Assembly (NCBI GenBank): GCA_041675205.1
Contig: JBAYUF010000001.1
Location: 20,863-84,862, forward strand
DNA length: 64,000 nucleotides
Origin: Patescibacteria group bacterium
GTDB lineage: Bacteria > Patescibacteriota > Patescibacteriia > GWA2-46-9
Reading direction: 5' to 3'
In this document: one piece after another, positions 40,192 through 48,719 of the stretch
Position numbering within the stretch: position 1 is the stretch's first letter
Layout of the letters: each line of letters begins with the position of its first letter
Translations under genes and position numbers: made by a program
The notes under the pieces: model-generated
What the model saw: only the letters and a program-made list of their open reading frames with translations
The model's database searches: none
Told to the model about the DNA's origin: nothing

Positions 40192-42177
40192 ATGAACTTA
40201 TCAGAGCTGGCTCGCCGCCTCAAGGTCTCTCCTAACGAGCTTCGGGAAAATTTACCCAGGCTCGGTTTTGATATTGGGCGGAAAGCAATTAAAGTTGACG
40301 ATCGTGTTGCCACAAAAATTTTGCGCTCCTACGCACAGGCAAAACGGGAAATGGAGCAGCGCGACAAAGAGAATCGTAAGCAGCAAGAACTACAGACGGC
40401 AGTGGCCGCCGCCAGCACTGGCGTGGAGTTACCAGCCGAGGTAACGGTTCGCGAATTGGCGCAGATGCTTGGTATTAGTGTGCCGTTACTCATGACTGAA
40501 CTTTTGAAGAACGGCATACTTTCATCATTGAATGATCGGCTTGATTTCTCTACCGCGGCAGTGGTCGCAGAAGATCTCGGTTTCACGGTAAAAGCAAAAG
40601 GTGAGAGTGGCTCAGGCGAGGGTACGGTTGGTGCCGCTGAAATGCTAAAAGAGGCGCTTTTGAATATCGAAACGCAGCCTCGCCCGCCGGTGGTTGTTGT
40701 CATGGGGCACGTTGATCACGGCAAAACAACACTGCTCGATACCATACGAAACACCAGCGTTGCCAAGAGTGAAAGTGGTGGAATTACGCAACACATTGGA
40801 GCCTACCAAGTAGAGCATAATGGTAAGTTGCTGACCTTCATTGATACCCCGGGCCACGAAGCGTTTCGAACCATGCGTTCTCGTGGCGCCAAGGTGGCCG
40901 ACATTGCCGTACTTGTTGTAGCGGCCGATGATAGTTTGAAACCACAAACCCACGAAGCGCTCGCCATGATTCGTGGTGCCAATCTACCGTTTATCGTGGC
41001 TATAAATAAAATAGATAAGCCGGAGGCCAACATTGAACGGGTGAAACAGGATTTGGCTTCGATTAGTTTGCTGCCAGAAGATTGGGGCGGTAGTACTATT
41101 TGTGTACCAATCTCAGCAAAAAGTGGTGAGCATATTGATAAATTGCTTGAGATGGTGCTCCTTGTTGCCGATGTGAATGCCGAGCGGATTGTGGCGAACC
41201 CTGATGGTCGCGCTTTGGGCTCAGTTATTGAAGCTCGGGTTGATACCAGTGAGGGGCCAATTGCCACACTACTCGTGCAGAATGGCACCTTACGTCGCGA
41301 TGACGTACTTGTGCACGGTGACACGTTAATTGGTAAGGCTCGACTATTAAAGTCTCACCTAGGCGTCACCATTGAGTCGGCAGGACCATCAACTCCTGTG
41401 CGAATTCTTGGGCTGAAAGAGGCTCCTGAGGTGGGGGATGTTTTAGAGGTTGCTGATAGCGACACGGAATATCGTACAGCGAAAAAGGTAAAACGGCAGC
41501 GTCAAATCATGGATGCCTTGCCAGCCATGCGCTCAGAAAATCAAGAAACACCAACCATTCTTCTGCCAGTGCTTCTTAAGGCTGACGTTTTGGGCTCGCT
41601 GGAGGCCATTGTTGAGGCGATTGAAAAAATGAGCACGAGTCAGGCTCGGGTTCAGGTGATTGGTCGCGGGTTGGGTCACATTACTGAGGGGGATATTGCT
41701 CGCGCGGCCGCTACCTCAGAAACGCTGGTGGCAGGTTTTCGTGTTCAGGCAACTCGTGAGGCTCGCGATGCCGCTGACGAACAGGGTGTTGCGGTCAAAA
41801 CCTATGAAGTAATTTATGACCTCATTCGTGACATTAAAGAGCAGCTTTCGGGCAAGTTAAAACCTGAGATTGTTCGTAGCGATGTTGGTCTGGGCATGAT
41901 TTTAAAGATTTTCCGCCAAGAGCCGAAACGGCAGGTTGTTGGTATGCGTATCACCGCAGGTCTTGTTACCGCTGGCGCGCTTTTTGAACTTGTTCGTGGT
42001 GGTGAAATTGTTGGGCGCGGTACGGTGAGCCGCCTGCAAGCGGGTAAGGAAGAAATTCGAGAAGCGGCCAGTGTTACAGAGTGTGGCGCAGAATTAACCG
42101 GTAGTGTGCCAAAATTTGTCGAACAAGATGCGTTGCGGTTTTACACTGAAGTTGAAGAGCGGCGTGCTATTGCCTAG
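40192..42177 (+). CDS. infB: Translation initiation factor IF-2
   Basis: PPVVVVMGHVDHGKTTLLD, GITQHIGAY, DTPGHEAF, NKID. Confidence 0.97.
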   Translation: MNLSELARRLKVSPNELRENLPRLGFDIGRKAIKVDDRVATKILRSYAQAKREMEQRDKENRKQQELQTAVAAASTGVELPAEVTVRELAQMLGISVPLLMTELLKNGILSSLNDRLDFSTAAVVAEDLGFTVKAKGESGSGEGTVGAAEMLKEALLNIETQPRPPVVVVMGHVDHGKTTLLDTIRNTSVAKSESGGITQHIGAYQVEHNGKLLTFIDTPGHEAFRTMRSRGAKVADIAVLVVAADDSLKPQTHEALAMIRGANLPFIVAINKIDKPEANIERVKQDLASISLLPEDWGGSTICVPISAKSGEHIDKLLEMVLLVADVNAERIVANPDGRALGSVIEARVDTSEGPIATLLVQNGTLRRDDVLVHGDTLIGKARLLKSHLGVTIESAGPSTPVRILGLKEAPEVGDVLEVADSDTEYRTAKKVKRQRQIMDALPAMRSENQETPTILLPVLLKADVLGSLEAIVEAIEKMSTSQARVQVIGRGLGHITEGDIARAAATSETLVAGFRVQATREARDAADEQGVAVKTYEVIYDLIRDIKEQLSGKLKPEIVRSDVGLGMILKIFRQEPKRQVVGMRITAGLVTAGALFELVRGGEIVGRGTVSRLQAGKEEIREAASVTECGAELTGSVPKFVEQDALRFYTEVEERRAIA

Positions 42178-42194
42178 CCGCTTATAAAGTTGTT

Positions 42195-42566
42195 ATGACT
42201 CGTCGGACTGAGCAAGTAAGTGCAGAGTTAGCAACACTTATTGGTCGCTACCTCCTTGAGCAACCCGACGAATTAGATGGGGCATTGTGCACTATTACAC
42301 GGGTGGAAACCACGCCGGACTTAGCGCATGCACTCGTTTTTGTGAGCATTTTACCGGATCAGCGGCGAGGAAGTGCGTTGGCGGTACTACGGCATTTTCA
42401 GCGACCATTTGCGAAACGACTCTTTCATGATTTGACCATGAAAGTAATTCCACGAATTCATTTTCATATTGACGACGTCTTCGTGCGAGCGAATGCAATG
42501 GAGACGTTACTAAATCAAGTAGCGGCTGAGCTTCCTCCACTTGAAGATGTCGCAGAGAAGCCATGA
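42195..42566 (+). CDS. rbfA: Ribosome-binding factor A
   Basis: TITRVETTPDL.HA.VFVS, IPRIHFHID; follows infB. Confidence 0.9.
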   Translation: MTRRTEQVSAELATLIGRYLLEQPDELDGALCTITRVETTPDLAHALVFVSILPDQRRGSALAVLRHFQRPFAKRLFHDLTMKVIPRIHFHIDDVFVRANAMETLLNQVAAELPPLEDVAEKP

Positions 42567-43534
42567 CCTTTAATGCTTTTCGAGAAGCGGCCGATACCCT
42601 TCGCGCCTCGCGTAATCCGCTTATCATTCTTTTGCGGGATGTCGATGCGGATGCGCTCGGCACCAGTATGGCGGTGGCCCGGGCAGTTGCCCAGCAGGGT
42701 GCCCACGTTACGCTCTACTGTGGTGAACCTATCCCGGCCAATTTAGCTTTTCTGTTAGACGCTGCATTCCCTATTTCGACGACGTTGTCGCAGAGTGTCT
42801 TGGCGGCAACTGATGCGATAGTCGTTGCTGATGCCGGCGCTTTAGAAAGAACGGGTGTGGCCGAGGAAGTACGCGCATGTGTTGCACGGGGGGTTCCACT
42901 AATCAATATCGATCACCACCAAGTCGCGGCTGCGTTTGGCACCATCAATCTCGTTGATGCTGGCGCGTCTGCCGCTGCGGTTTTAGCCTACGACCTCATT
43001 AAACTTGGTGGGTGGATTATTGATCGTGATATGGCCACGGCAATATTGGCTGGAATCGTTGCTGACACCGGTAATTTTTCGAATGGCGGCACCACTATCC
43101 GCGCATTGGAAGTGGCGGCGCACTGTTACGCAACTGGTGCCGAATCACGATTAGTCATTCGCGCGCTCTACAATTCAAAACCGGTGAATGCTTTGAAGCT
43201 GTGGGGAGAAATTCTCTCACGGCTGACAAAGCATGAACGTCTTGGCATAGCGAGCACGGTAATTCTTGATGACGACTTTGAAAAGTACGCTATTGATGAA
43301 GAGTCTACCGAAGGGCTCGCTAATTTTTTGAATGGTCTTAGTGACGTGAAAGCCGCACTTATTTTAAAGCAGCTACCGAATAACGAGATTCGTGGCAGCC
43401 TGCGTACAACCAGAGACGATGTTAATGTGGGTAAATTAGCACAGGCCCTTGGTGGTGGCGGTCATCGAAAGGCTGCCGGATTTACTATACCAGGTCGCAT
43501 AGTTCGTTTTAAAAATGGTTGGAAAGTTGTTTAA
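42563..43534 (+). CDS. DHH/DHHA1 phosphoesterase (NrnA-like)
   Basis: DADALG, NIDHH, DTGNF, SLR, GGGGH. Confidence 0.92.
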   Translation: MTFNAFREAADTLRASRNPLIILLRDVDADALGTSMAVARAVAQQGAHVTLYCGEPIPANLAFLLDAAFPISTTLSQSVLAATDAIVVADAGALERTGVAEEVRACVARGVPLINIDHHQVAAAFGTINLVDAGASAAAVLAYDLIKLGGWIIDRDMATAILAGIVADTGNFSNGGTTIRALEVAAHCYATGAESRLVIRALYNSKPVNALKLWGEILSRLTKHERLGIASTVILDDDFEKYAIDEESTEGLANFLNGLSDVKAALILKQLPNNEIRGSLRTTRDDVNVGKLAQALGGGGHRKAAGFTIPGRIVRFKNGWKVV

Positions 43535-43537
43535 AAG

Positions 43538-43566
43538 TTGCCACGGGCAGAAGAGCGGACTATCCT
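43538..43566 (+). promoter_or_regulatory. Likely clpP promoter
   Basis: TTGCCA-17 nt-TATCCT. Confidence 0.55.
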
Positions 43567-43568
43567 AG

Positions 43569-43631
43569 TAGCCATTAGCCATTAGCCATTAGCCATTAGC
43601 CATTAGCCATTAGCCATTAGCCATTAGCCAT
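43569..43631 (+). repeat. Perfect tandem repeat (TAGCCAT)x9
   Basis: 63 nt counted directly; ends 6 nt before the clpP ATG. Confidence 0.97.
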
Positions 43632-43637
43632 TCTATT

Positions 43638-44228
43638 ATGGTTCTTATTCCAACGGTCATAGAAAAATCAAATTTTGGTGAGCGAGCATATGATATTTAC
43701 TCTCGTTTACTAAAAGAGCGAATTATATTTCTTGGAGATGTTATTGATGATCACGTTGCCAATACGGTCATCGCGCAACTTTTATTTCTAGATTCGGATA
43801 ATTCAAAGAAGGATATAAAATTGTATATCAATTCACCTGGTGGCTCGGTAACGGCTGGGCTCGCAATATACGACACGATGCAGTACGTCAAAGCAGATGT
43901 CTCCACCATTTGTATAGGGTTGGCGGCGAGTATGGGGGCGGTACTGCTTGCGTCAGGCGCTAAAGGGAAGCGTTACATTTTACCTAATGCCGAAGTGATG
44001 ATTCATCAAGTGATGGGGGGTGCTGAAGGTCAGGCATCGGACGTTAAAATTCGAGCTGAGCATATCGTCCGAATCAAAGATCGTCTCAACGCTATTTTGG
44101 CAGGCCACACGAATCAACCAGTAAAGAAGGTGGAGCAAGATACGGATCGTGATCGATTCATGACAGCCAAGGATGCACATCAGTATGGCATTGTCGACAA
44201 AATAATTACTTCATCGCCGAAAGCGTAG
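43638..44228 (+). CDS. clpP: ATP-dependent Clp protease proteolytic subunit
   Basis: [34 protein letters not shown]. Confidence 0.98.
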   Translation: MVLIPTVIEKSNFGERAYDIYSRLLKERIIFLGDVIDDHVANTVIAQLLFLDSDNSKKDIKLYINSPGGSVTAGLAIYDTMQYVKADVSTICIGLAASMGAVLLASGAKGKRYILPNAEVMIHQVMGGAEGQASDVKIRAEHIVRIKDRLNAILAGHTNQPVKKVEQDTDRDRFMTAKDAHQYGIVDKIITSSPKA

Positions 44229-44310
44229 AGTGGCTAGTAGGGTGTATTGTTAAGGCATCTGGAGCACTTGGGGCCTTGCGATAATGGTATTTTGGTGGTA
44301 TAGTTTCGCC

Positions 44311-44495
44311 GCAACGTTTCCTTTACCTATCCTCGAACATTCATTCGTTCCGAAACGGAATTGGTGATCGGCAGATTCATTTTCATGGCTTCTATTCCTG
44401 TTGTACGTGATTGATTGCCACCGACGCATCGTGCGCTTCGGTCTTGTGTGCACCAACTAAAAAGTTCGGTACGGGGGTGTTCGTTTACGAACACA
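44311..44495 (+). ncRNA. Candidate structured RNA (possibly 6S RNA) upstream of rny
   Basis: Promoter TTGCGA-17-TATAGT (44276-44304); ~185-nt leader with nested pairings cgaac/gttcg, ttggtg/caccaa, ggca/tgcc. Confidence 0.35.
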
Positions 44496-44497
44496 CT

Positions 44498-46024
44498 ATG
44501 TCTGTAACTGTGGTTATTATTTCGTCTATCCTCGCGCTTGGCGTTGGGGCTGCTTTTGGTTACCTGGCTCGTCGTTTAGTTGGGTCGCGGACCGTTAATT
44601 CAGCTGAAGCTCGTGCGGAAAGTATTCTCGAAGAAGCGAAACGTCGAGAGAAGGATACTGTCCTTGGGGCAAAGCAAGAAGCTTTAAAAATTTTAGACGA
44701 AGCGAAGCAAGAGATTGCAGGTGAGCGACGGGAGCTAAAAGAACAAGCCCAAAAAGTAGAGAAGCGAGAAGGGTTGTTTGAGAAGAAGTTACTAGAAGTT
44801 GACGACCATGAAAAACAGATTGAAAAGGACAAGCAACGGGTCGAAGAACAGTTGAAGCAGGCAACGGAAGCGCACGCCGCAGCCGTAACGAAGCTTGAGT
44901 TGTCAGCCGGTTTGAATCGTGACCAGGCTCGCACTGAGCTTTTTGCCGCTGTTGAAGCAGATGCCAAAGAAGATATCGTATCTCGAATTCGTAAAGTACA
45001 AGATGAGGGGGCGACTGAAATCGAAGAAAAGGCCAAGCGAGTGTTGGCCATGGTCATTCAGCGCTGCGCCATATCACACGCCGCTGACACCATGACGACA
45101 ACCGTTGATTTGCCGTCTGACGACATGAAGGGTCGCATCATTGGAAAAGAAGGTCGTAACATCAAAGCCCTCGAGCAACTTACCGGTGTTGAAATTGTTG
45201 TTGATGAGACGCCCGGGAGCATCATGATTACGGGTTTTAATCTGGTGCGTCGTCACTTAGCGAAGCGAGCCCTAGAGCGGTTAATGCTTGATGGTCGGAT
45301 TCATCCGACCCGAATTGAAGAATCAGTGCTGGAAGCAAAAAGAGAGTTAGCCCTTGAAATGAAAAAAGAAGGTGAGGCTGCTATGTATCAGCTCGGGCTC
45401 ACCGGGGTGGATCCTAAATTAGTGCAGATTCTTGGTCGGCTAAAATTTCGTACCAGCTTCGGACAGAACGTACTCCAGCACTCATTGGAAGTCGGTACAC
45501 TGGCCGGATTATTAGCAGAAGAATTAGGGGCAGATGTTCCAGCGTGTAAGAAGGGCGGGCTTTTCCACGATATTGGAAAAGCGGTTGACCACGAAGTGCA
45601 GGGTGCCCATACAGAACTTGGTTACCGACTGATGAAGAAGTACGGCATGCCAGAGCATATCGCCTACATGGCAATTGCCCACCATGAAGATCGCCCTTCT
45701 ACGTTAGAGGGTGTCATCGTTCGCACAGCTGATGCTATTTCTGGTTCTCGGCCAGGAGCGAGACGGGACAGCGTGGAGCGGTACATTCAGCGACTAGAAG
45801 AAATTGAAAAAGTTTCTTTGGCGGTTCCTGGTGTCACAAAAGCGTACGCCATTCAAGCTGGCCGCGAAGTGCGGGTCTTCGTGACGCCGACTGAAGTAGA
45901 CGACCTTGGCATGATTAAAGTTGCGCAGCTCATTGCTAGAAACATTGAGAAGGAACTCAATTACCCAGGTGAAATTAAAGTGAATTGTATTCGGGAAAGT
46001 CGTGTTATCGAGTACGCTCGTTAG
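44498..46024 (+). CDS. rny: Ribonuclease Y
   Basis: N-terminal TM, coiled coil, KH (KGRIIGKEGRNI), HD (FHDIGK), AIQAGREVRV. Confidence 0.96.
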   Translation: MSVTVVIISSILALGVGAAFGYLARRLVGSRTVNSAEARAESILEEAKRREKDTVLGAKQEALKILDEAKQEIAGERRELKEQAQKVEKREGLFEKKLLEVDDHEKQIEKDKQRVEEQLKQATEAHAAAVTKLELSAGLNRDQARTELFAAVEADAKEDIVSRIRKVQDEGATEIEEKAKRVLAMVIQRCAISHAADTMTTTVDLPSDDMKGRIIGKEGRNIKALEQLTGVEIVVDETPGSIMITGFNLVRRHLAKRALERLMLDGRIHPTRIEESVLEAKRELALEMKKEGEAAMYQLGLTGVDPKLVQILGRLKFRTSFGQNVLQHSLEVGTLAGLLAEELGADVPACKKGGLFHDIGKAVDHEVQGAHTELGYRLMKKYGMPEHIAYMAIAHHEDRPSTLEGVIVRTADAISGSRPGARRDSVERYIQRLEEIEKVSLAVPGVTKAYAIQAGREVRVFVTPTEVDDLGMIKVAQLIARNIEKELNYPGEIKVNCIRESRVIEYAR

Positions 46025-46033
46025 GCTGCTTGC

Positions 46034-46063
46034 CATACGCAGTACGCTTTACGATATACGGGG
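46034..46063 (+). repeat. Left heptamer array (catacgc agtacgc tttacga tatacgg)
   Basis: Imperfect inverted repeat of 46491-46518. Confidence 0.85.
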
Positions 46064-46114
46064 GAGGTGATAGTGGGTAGTGGAAGAAATGTTACTCAGT
46101 GTAGCTTATAGAAT

Positions 46115-46498
46115 ATGAACGCGACGCATCTTGCAACAGAGGAAAAATTTAAAGATTTGCGGGTGTGGCAGCAAGCCCACGAGTTAACACTTTTGGTGTA
46201 TAAGATAACAAAAAGTTTCCCTGACACGGAGCGTTTTGCCTTAGTAAGCCAAATGCGTCGTGCAGCAATCTCAGTGGTTGCCAATATTGTCGAAGGGTCT
46301 AAACATCGTACAACGAAGGATCGTATTCATTTTCACGTTATAGCAAATGGCTCGCTCGAAGAGTTAAAATACTACTTCATTTTATCGTTAGATCTCGGAT
46401 TCATTAACCAGAAAGAGCAGGAAGACTTACTTGATTTGGCGAGAGGCGTTGGTGCTATGTTACATGGTCTTACTAATGCTCTGCGCAGTGGCGTATAG
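46115..46498 (+). CDS. Four helix bundle protein (23S rRNA IVP / TIGR02436-like)
   Basis: FKDLRVWQQAH, FP..ERFALVSQMRRAAISVVANIVEG, ANGSLEEL. Confidence 0.93.
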   Translation: MNATHLATEEKFKDLRVWQQAHELTLLVYKITKSFPDTERFALVSQMRRAAISVVANIVEGSKHRTTKDRIHFHVIANGSLEELKYYFILSLDLGFINQKEQEDLLDLARGVGAMLHGLTNALRSGV

Positions 46499-46518
46499 CG
46501 TAAAGCATATAGCGTATG
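46491..46518 (-). repeat. Right heptamer array (gcgtata gcgtaaa gcatata gcgtatg on +)
   Basis: Overlaps the four-helix stop codon and the ymdB ATG; complementary to the left array. Confidence 0.85.
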
Positions 46519-47316
46519 GGTTTAGCCATTCTTTTCCTGGGTGACGTTGTAGGGCGAGTTGGCCGTACTGGTGTTGCGAAAGTTTTAAAGCACTGGAAGA
46601 CCCAACTGCAGCCAGATGTCATTATCGCGAACGCTGAAAATATTGCGCATGGGAAGGGCATTACCCGGGCGACCATCGAGGAATTACGTGTCGCTGGTGT
46701 CGATGCTTTTACTAGTGGGAACCATGTTTTCCGAAAGCCAGAGATTTACGATTTTATTGAGGACCCGAAATTGCACATTACTCGGCCGGCGAATTATCCG
46801 CCCGGCGTCGCTGGTAGTGGCGCCACCTTGGTGCCCACCCCACATGGTGACCTACTCCTCATAAACACGATGGGACGAGTTTTCATGCATGAAACATTGG
46901 ATTGCCCGTTTCAGGCGGTCGATTCGGTTCTGGCGGATTACCAAAATCGCCCGCACGTCGCCACCTTTGTTGATATGCATGCTGAAGCGACCAGCGAAAA
47001 GATAGCCTTCGGTCACTACCTTGATGGTCGGGTTAGTGCTGTTGTTGGCACCCACACGCACGTAGCGACGGCTGACGCAGAGATTTTACCTGGTGGCACG
47101 GCGTACATTACTGATGTTGGTATGTGCGGCTATAAAGGTGGTGTGCTTGGCGTTGATAAAGCTAACGTACTACATGCCTTTTTAACGCAAGAGCCAGTTC
47201 GTCATGAAATTCCAGAAGCTGGTTTGTGTGCTGTAAACGGCGTGCTCGTTGTTATTGATGCCTCTAACGGCAAGGCAATTTCTATTCGGCAACTGCACGA
47301 AGAAGTGATGGTGTAG
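46516..47316 (+). CDS. ymdB: YmdB/TIGR00282 metallophosphoesterase
   Basis: FLGDVVG, ANAEN, TSGNH, DMHAEATSEK, GTHTHV, TDVGM. Confidence 0.95.
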   Translation: MGLAILFLGDVVGRVGRTGVAKVLKHWKTQLQPDVIIANAENIAHGKGITRATIEELRVAGVDAFTSGNHVFRKPEIYDFIEDPKLHITRPANYPPGVAGSGATLVPTPHGDLLLINTMGRVFMHETLDCPFQAVDSVLADYQNRPHVATFVDMHAEATSEKIAFGHYLDGRVSAVVGTHTHVATADAEILPGGTAYITDVGMCGYKGGVLGVDKANVLHAFLTQEPVRHEIPEAGLCAVNGVLVVIDASNGKAISIRQLHEEVMV

Positions 47317-47339
47317 TGCCTGGGGGGTGCGACATTTAG

Positions 47340-47370
47340 CAAAAACCCAGCCTGGCGGCTGGGTTTTTTG
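47340..47370. terminator. Bidirectional intrinsic terminator
   Basis: AAAAACCCAGCC-tggc-GGCTGGGTTTTTT, giving T-runs on both strands. Confidence 0.88.
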
Positions 47371-48493
47371 TACTCTCATGGGGCACGCAGGAGGAGAGAG
47401 ATTTTCTCGCGGCAAACGCTTCTTTTTGAAGAGAGGCGTCTACGTTTGAGATCTGCGTACCCCATGAGAGTGGGCGAGGGTGAAGAGGAAAACGGTTGAA
47501 GATACAATTTTCTTTCTTCACCCTCGCCCGGCGCTGAAGGAGGCTCTTCGGCGCCCTTTGAAGATAATGCAAAGTCGCAGTATCGGCAAAGGGCAACGCA
47601 CCTCATTATTATATGGGAAGAGGCGGAAAACGAGTGCTGTCGTTTTTCCGCCCCGAAGAACGTGGAGTGGGTGCATTTAGGTGCACAACCACTCCGCATC
47701 GACCGGGTTGACGCTCATTGATGAGCCTTTTTCCACGGTCTGGAGAAAGACGGAGGGGGTAGAAGGAAAGTACCACCACACCTCCGCAGCGCGCACAAAT
47801 GAGCCAAAGAGTGACCGGACGGTTTTTTCCGTAGTCGTTTTCTCTTTTTGTGCACATTCCGCGCGCTAAAGAAACTAGGGTGGGAGAATCGTGGAGCGTT
47901 GCGCTCCGGAAGGAATTCTCTTGGTGGACATCCACCCTAGGGTCCACAAGGGACCAGTTCTTTGTGAGTATTTTTACCCACGGACCTTGGGATTAGAAGC
48001 TGGAAGTATTGATCCAAGGGATCACTTCCGAAAGAGTAGTTTCAAAGAAGTGGCGCAGGATAAGCCGAACCAAATCTTTTCTCTACCGCCTTGGCTCTAT
48101 AGCGAGCACAAGTCTAACCCCGAAGTCCGTAGGCAGCTCTGATAACAGAGCACCCACGGATGTTGGCCTTGTTAGAGACTCCCACCACCCTCCGGGCTAA
48201 GCGCTGGCGTGACCCGAAGGTTGCCGGCGTAATGATCTTTTAGCAGGGACTCGCGAGTTTGCACCAGCGAAAGCCTTGCTTTGAAATCTGCCCGTCCACG
48301 AAACGTGGAACAGGTTTAGCCCTTAAGGGTGGTAGGAACCTCACGCGATAACAAAACGGCGCAGCCGCTTTTGAAAGAGACTGCGCCGTTTTGGCGTACA
48401 CCAACTAACCCTAACGGGTTTGTTGGCGAGTCTCTCTCCTCGCGTTTTGACTGAGGTTAAATTCAAAGAGCACGGTTTGTTCCATTTAAGGAA
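47341..48493 (-). ncRNA. Candidate large (~1.15 kb) highly structured non-coding RNA
   Basis: No credible ORF; about 20 adjacent or nested stems; sigma70 promoter at one end, terminator at the other. Confidence 0.6.
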
Positions 48494-48499
48494 CTAAGT

Positions 48500-48528
48500 A
48501 GCATAGCGCAGCTTAGGGAATATGTCAA
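48500..48528 (-). promoter_or_regulatory. sigma70-type promoter facing the structured region
   Basis: Minus strand TTGACA-17 nt-TATGCT. Confidence 0.75.
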
Positions 48529-48719
48529 GACTTAACAAGAAAAGAGCTGTATTTACTAAGAAAATAGGAGTTTTTGGTCATTTGTGGAAACTAAATCTAT
48601 CGGTTAGAGTACTTGTGTATAGAGTAAAAGCACGTTTTTTGAGGCCTTAATAGAATCATCCTTGAACCAGGAACGCCTTGAATTTTAAGTATAGGAAGAG
48701 AAGTAAATTGGTACGATTT

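Noticed and set aside
40129-40313. Extended overlapping N-termini of truB and infB in the ORF track
   Set aside because: A promoter at 40154-40182 and conserved domain starts favour ATG 40192 (infB) and 40151 (truB)
43569-43631. CRISPR array
   Set aside because: Pure 7-nt tandem repeat without spacers; no cas genes
46115-46498. Diversity-generating retroelement (the four-helix protein resembles Avd)
   Set aside because: No reverse transcriptase and no TR/VR pair with adenine-specific mismatches seen in the window
47915-47945. tmRNA 3' end (minus-strand TCCACCA)
   Set aside because: No preceding T-arm (GTTCRA) and no matching tRNA-like 5' end
47336-48200. Short ORFs of 62-112 aa on both strands
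   Set aside because: Mutually overlapping, no recognisable motifs; better explained as chance frames in structured DNA
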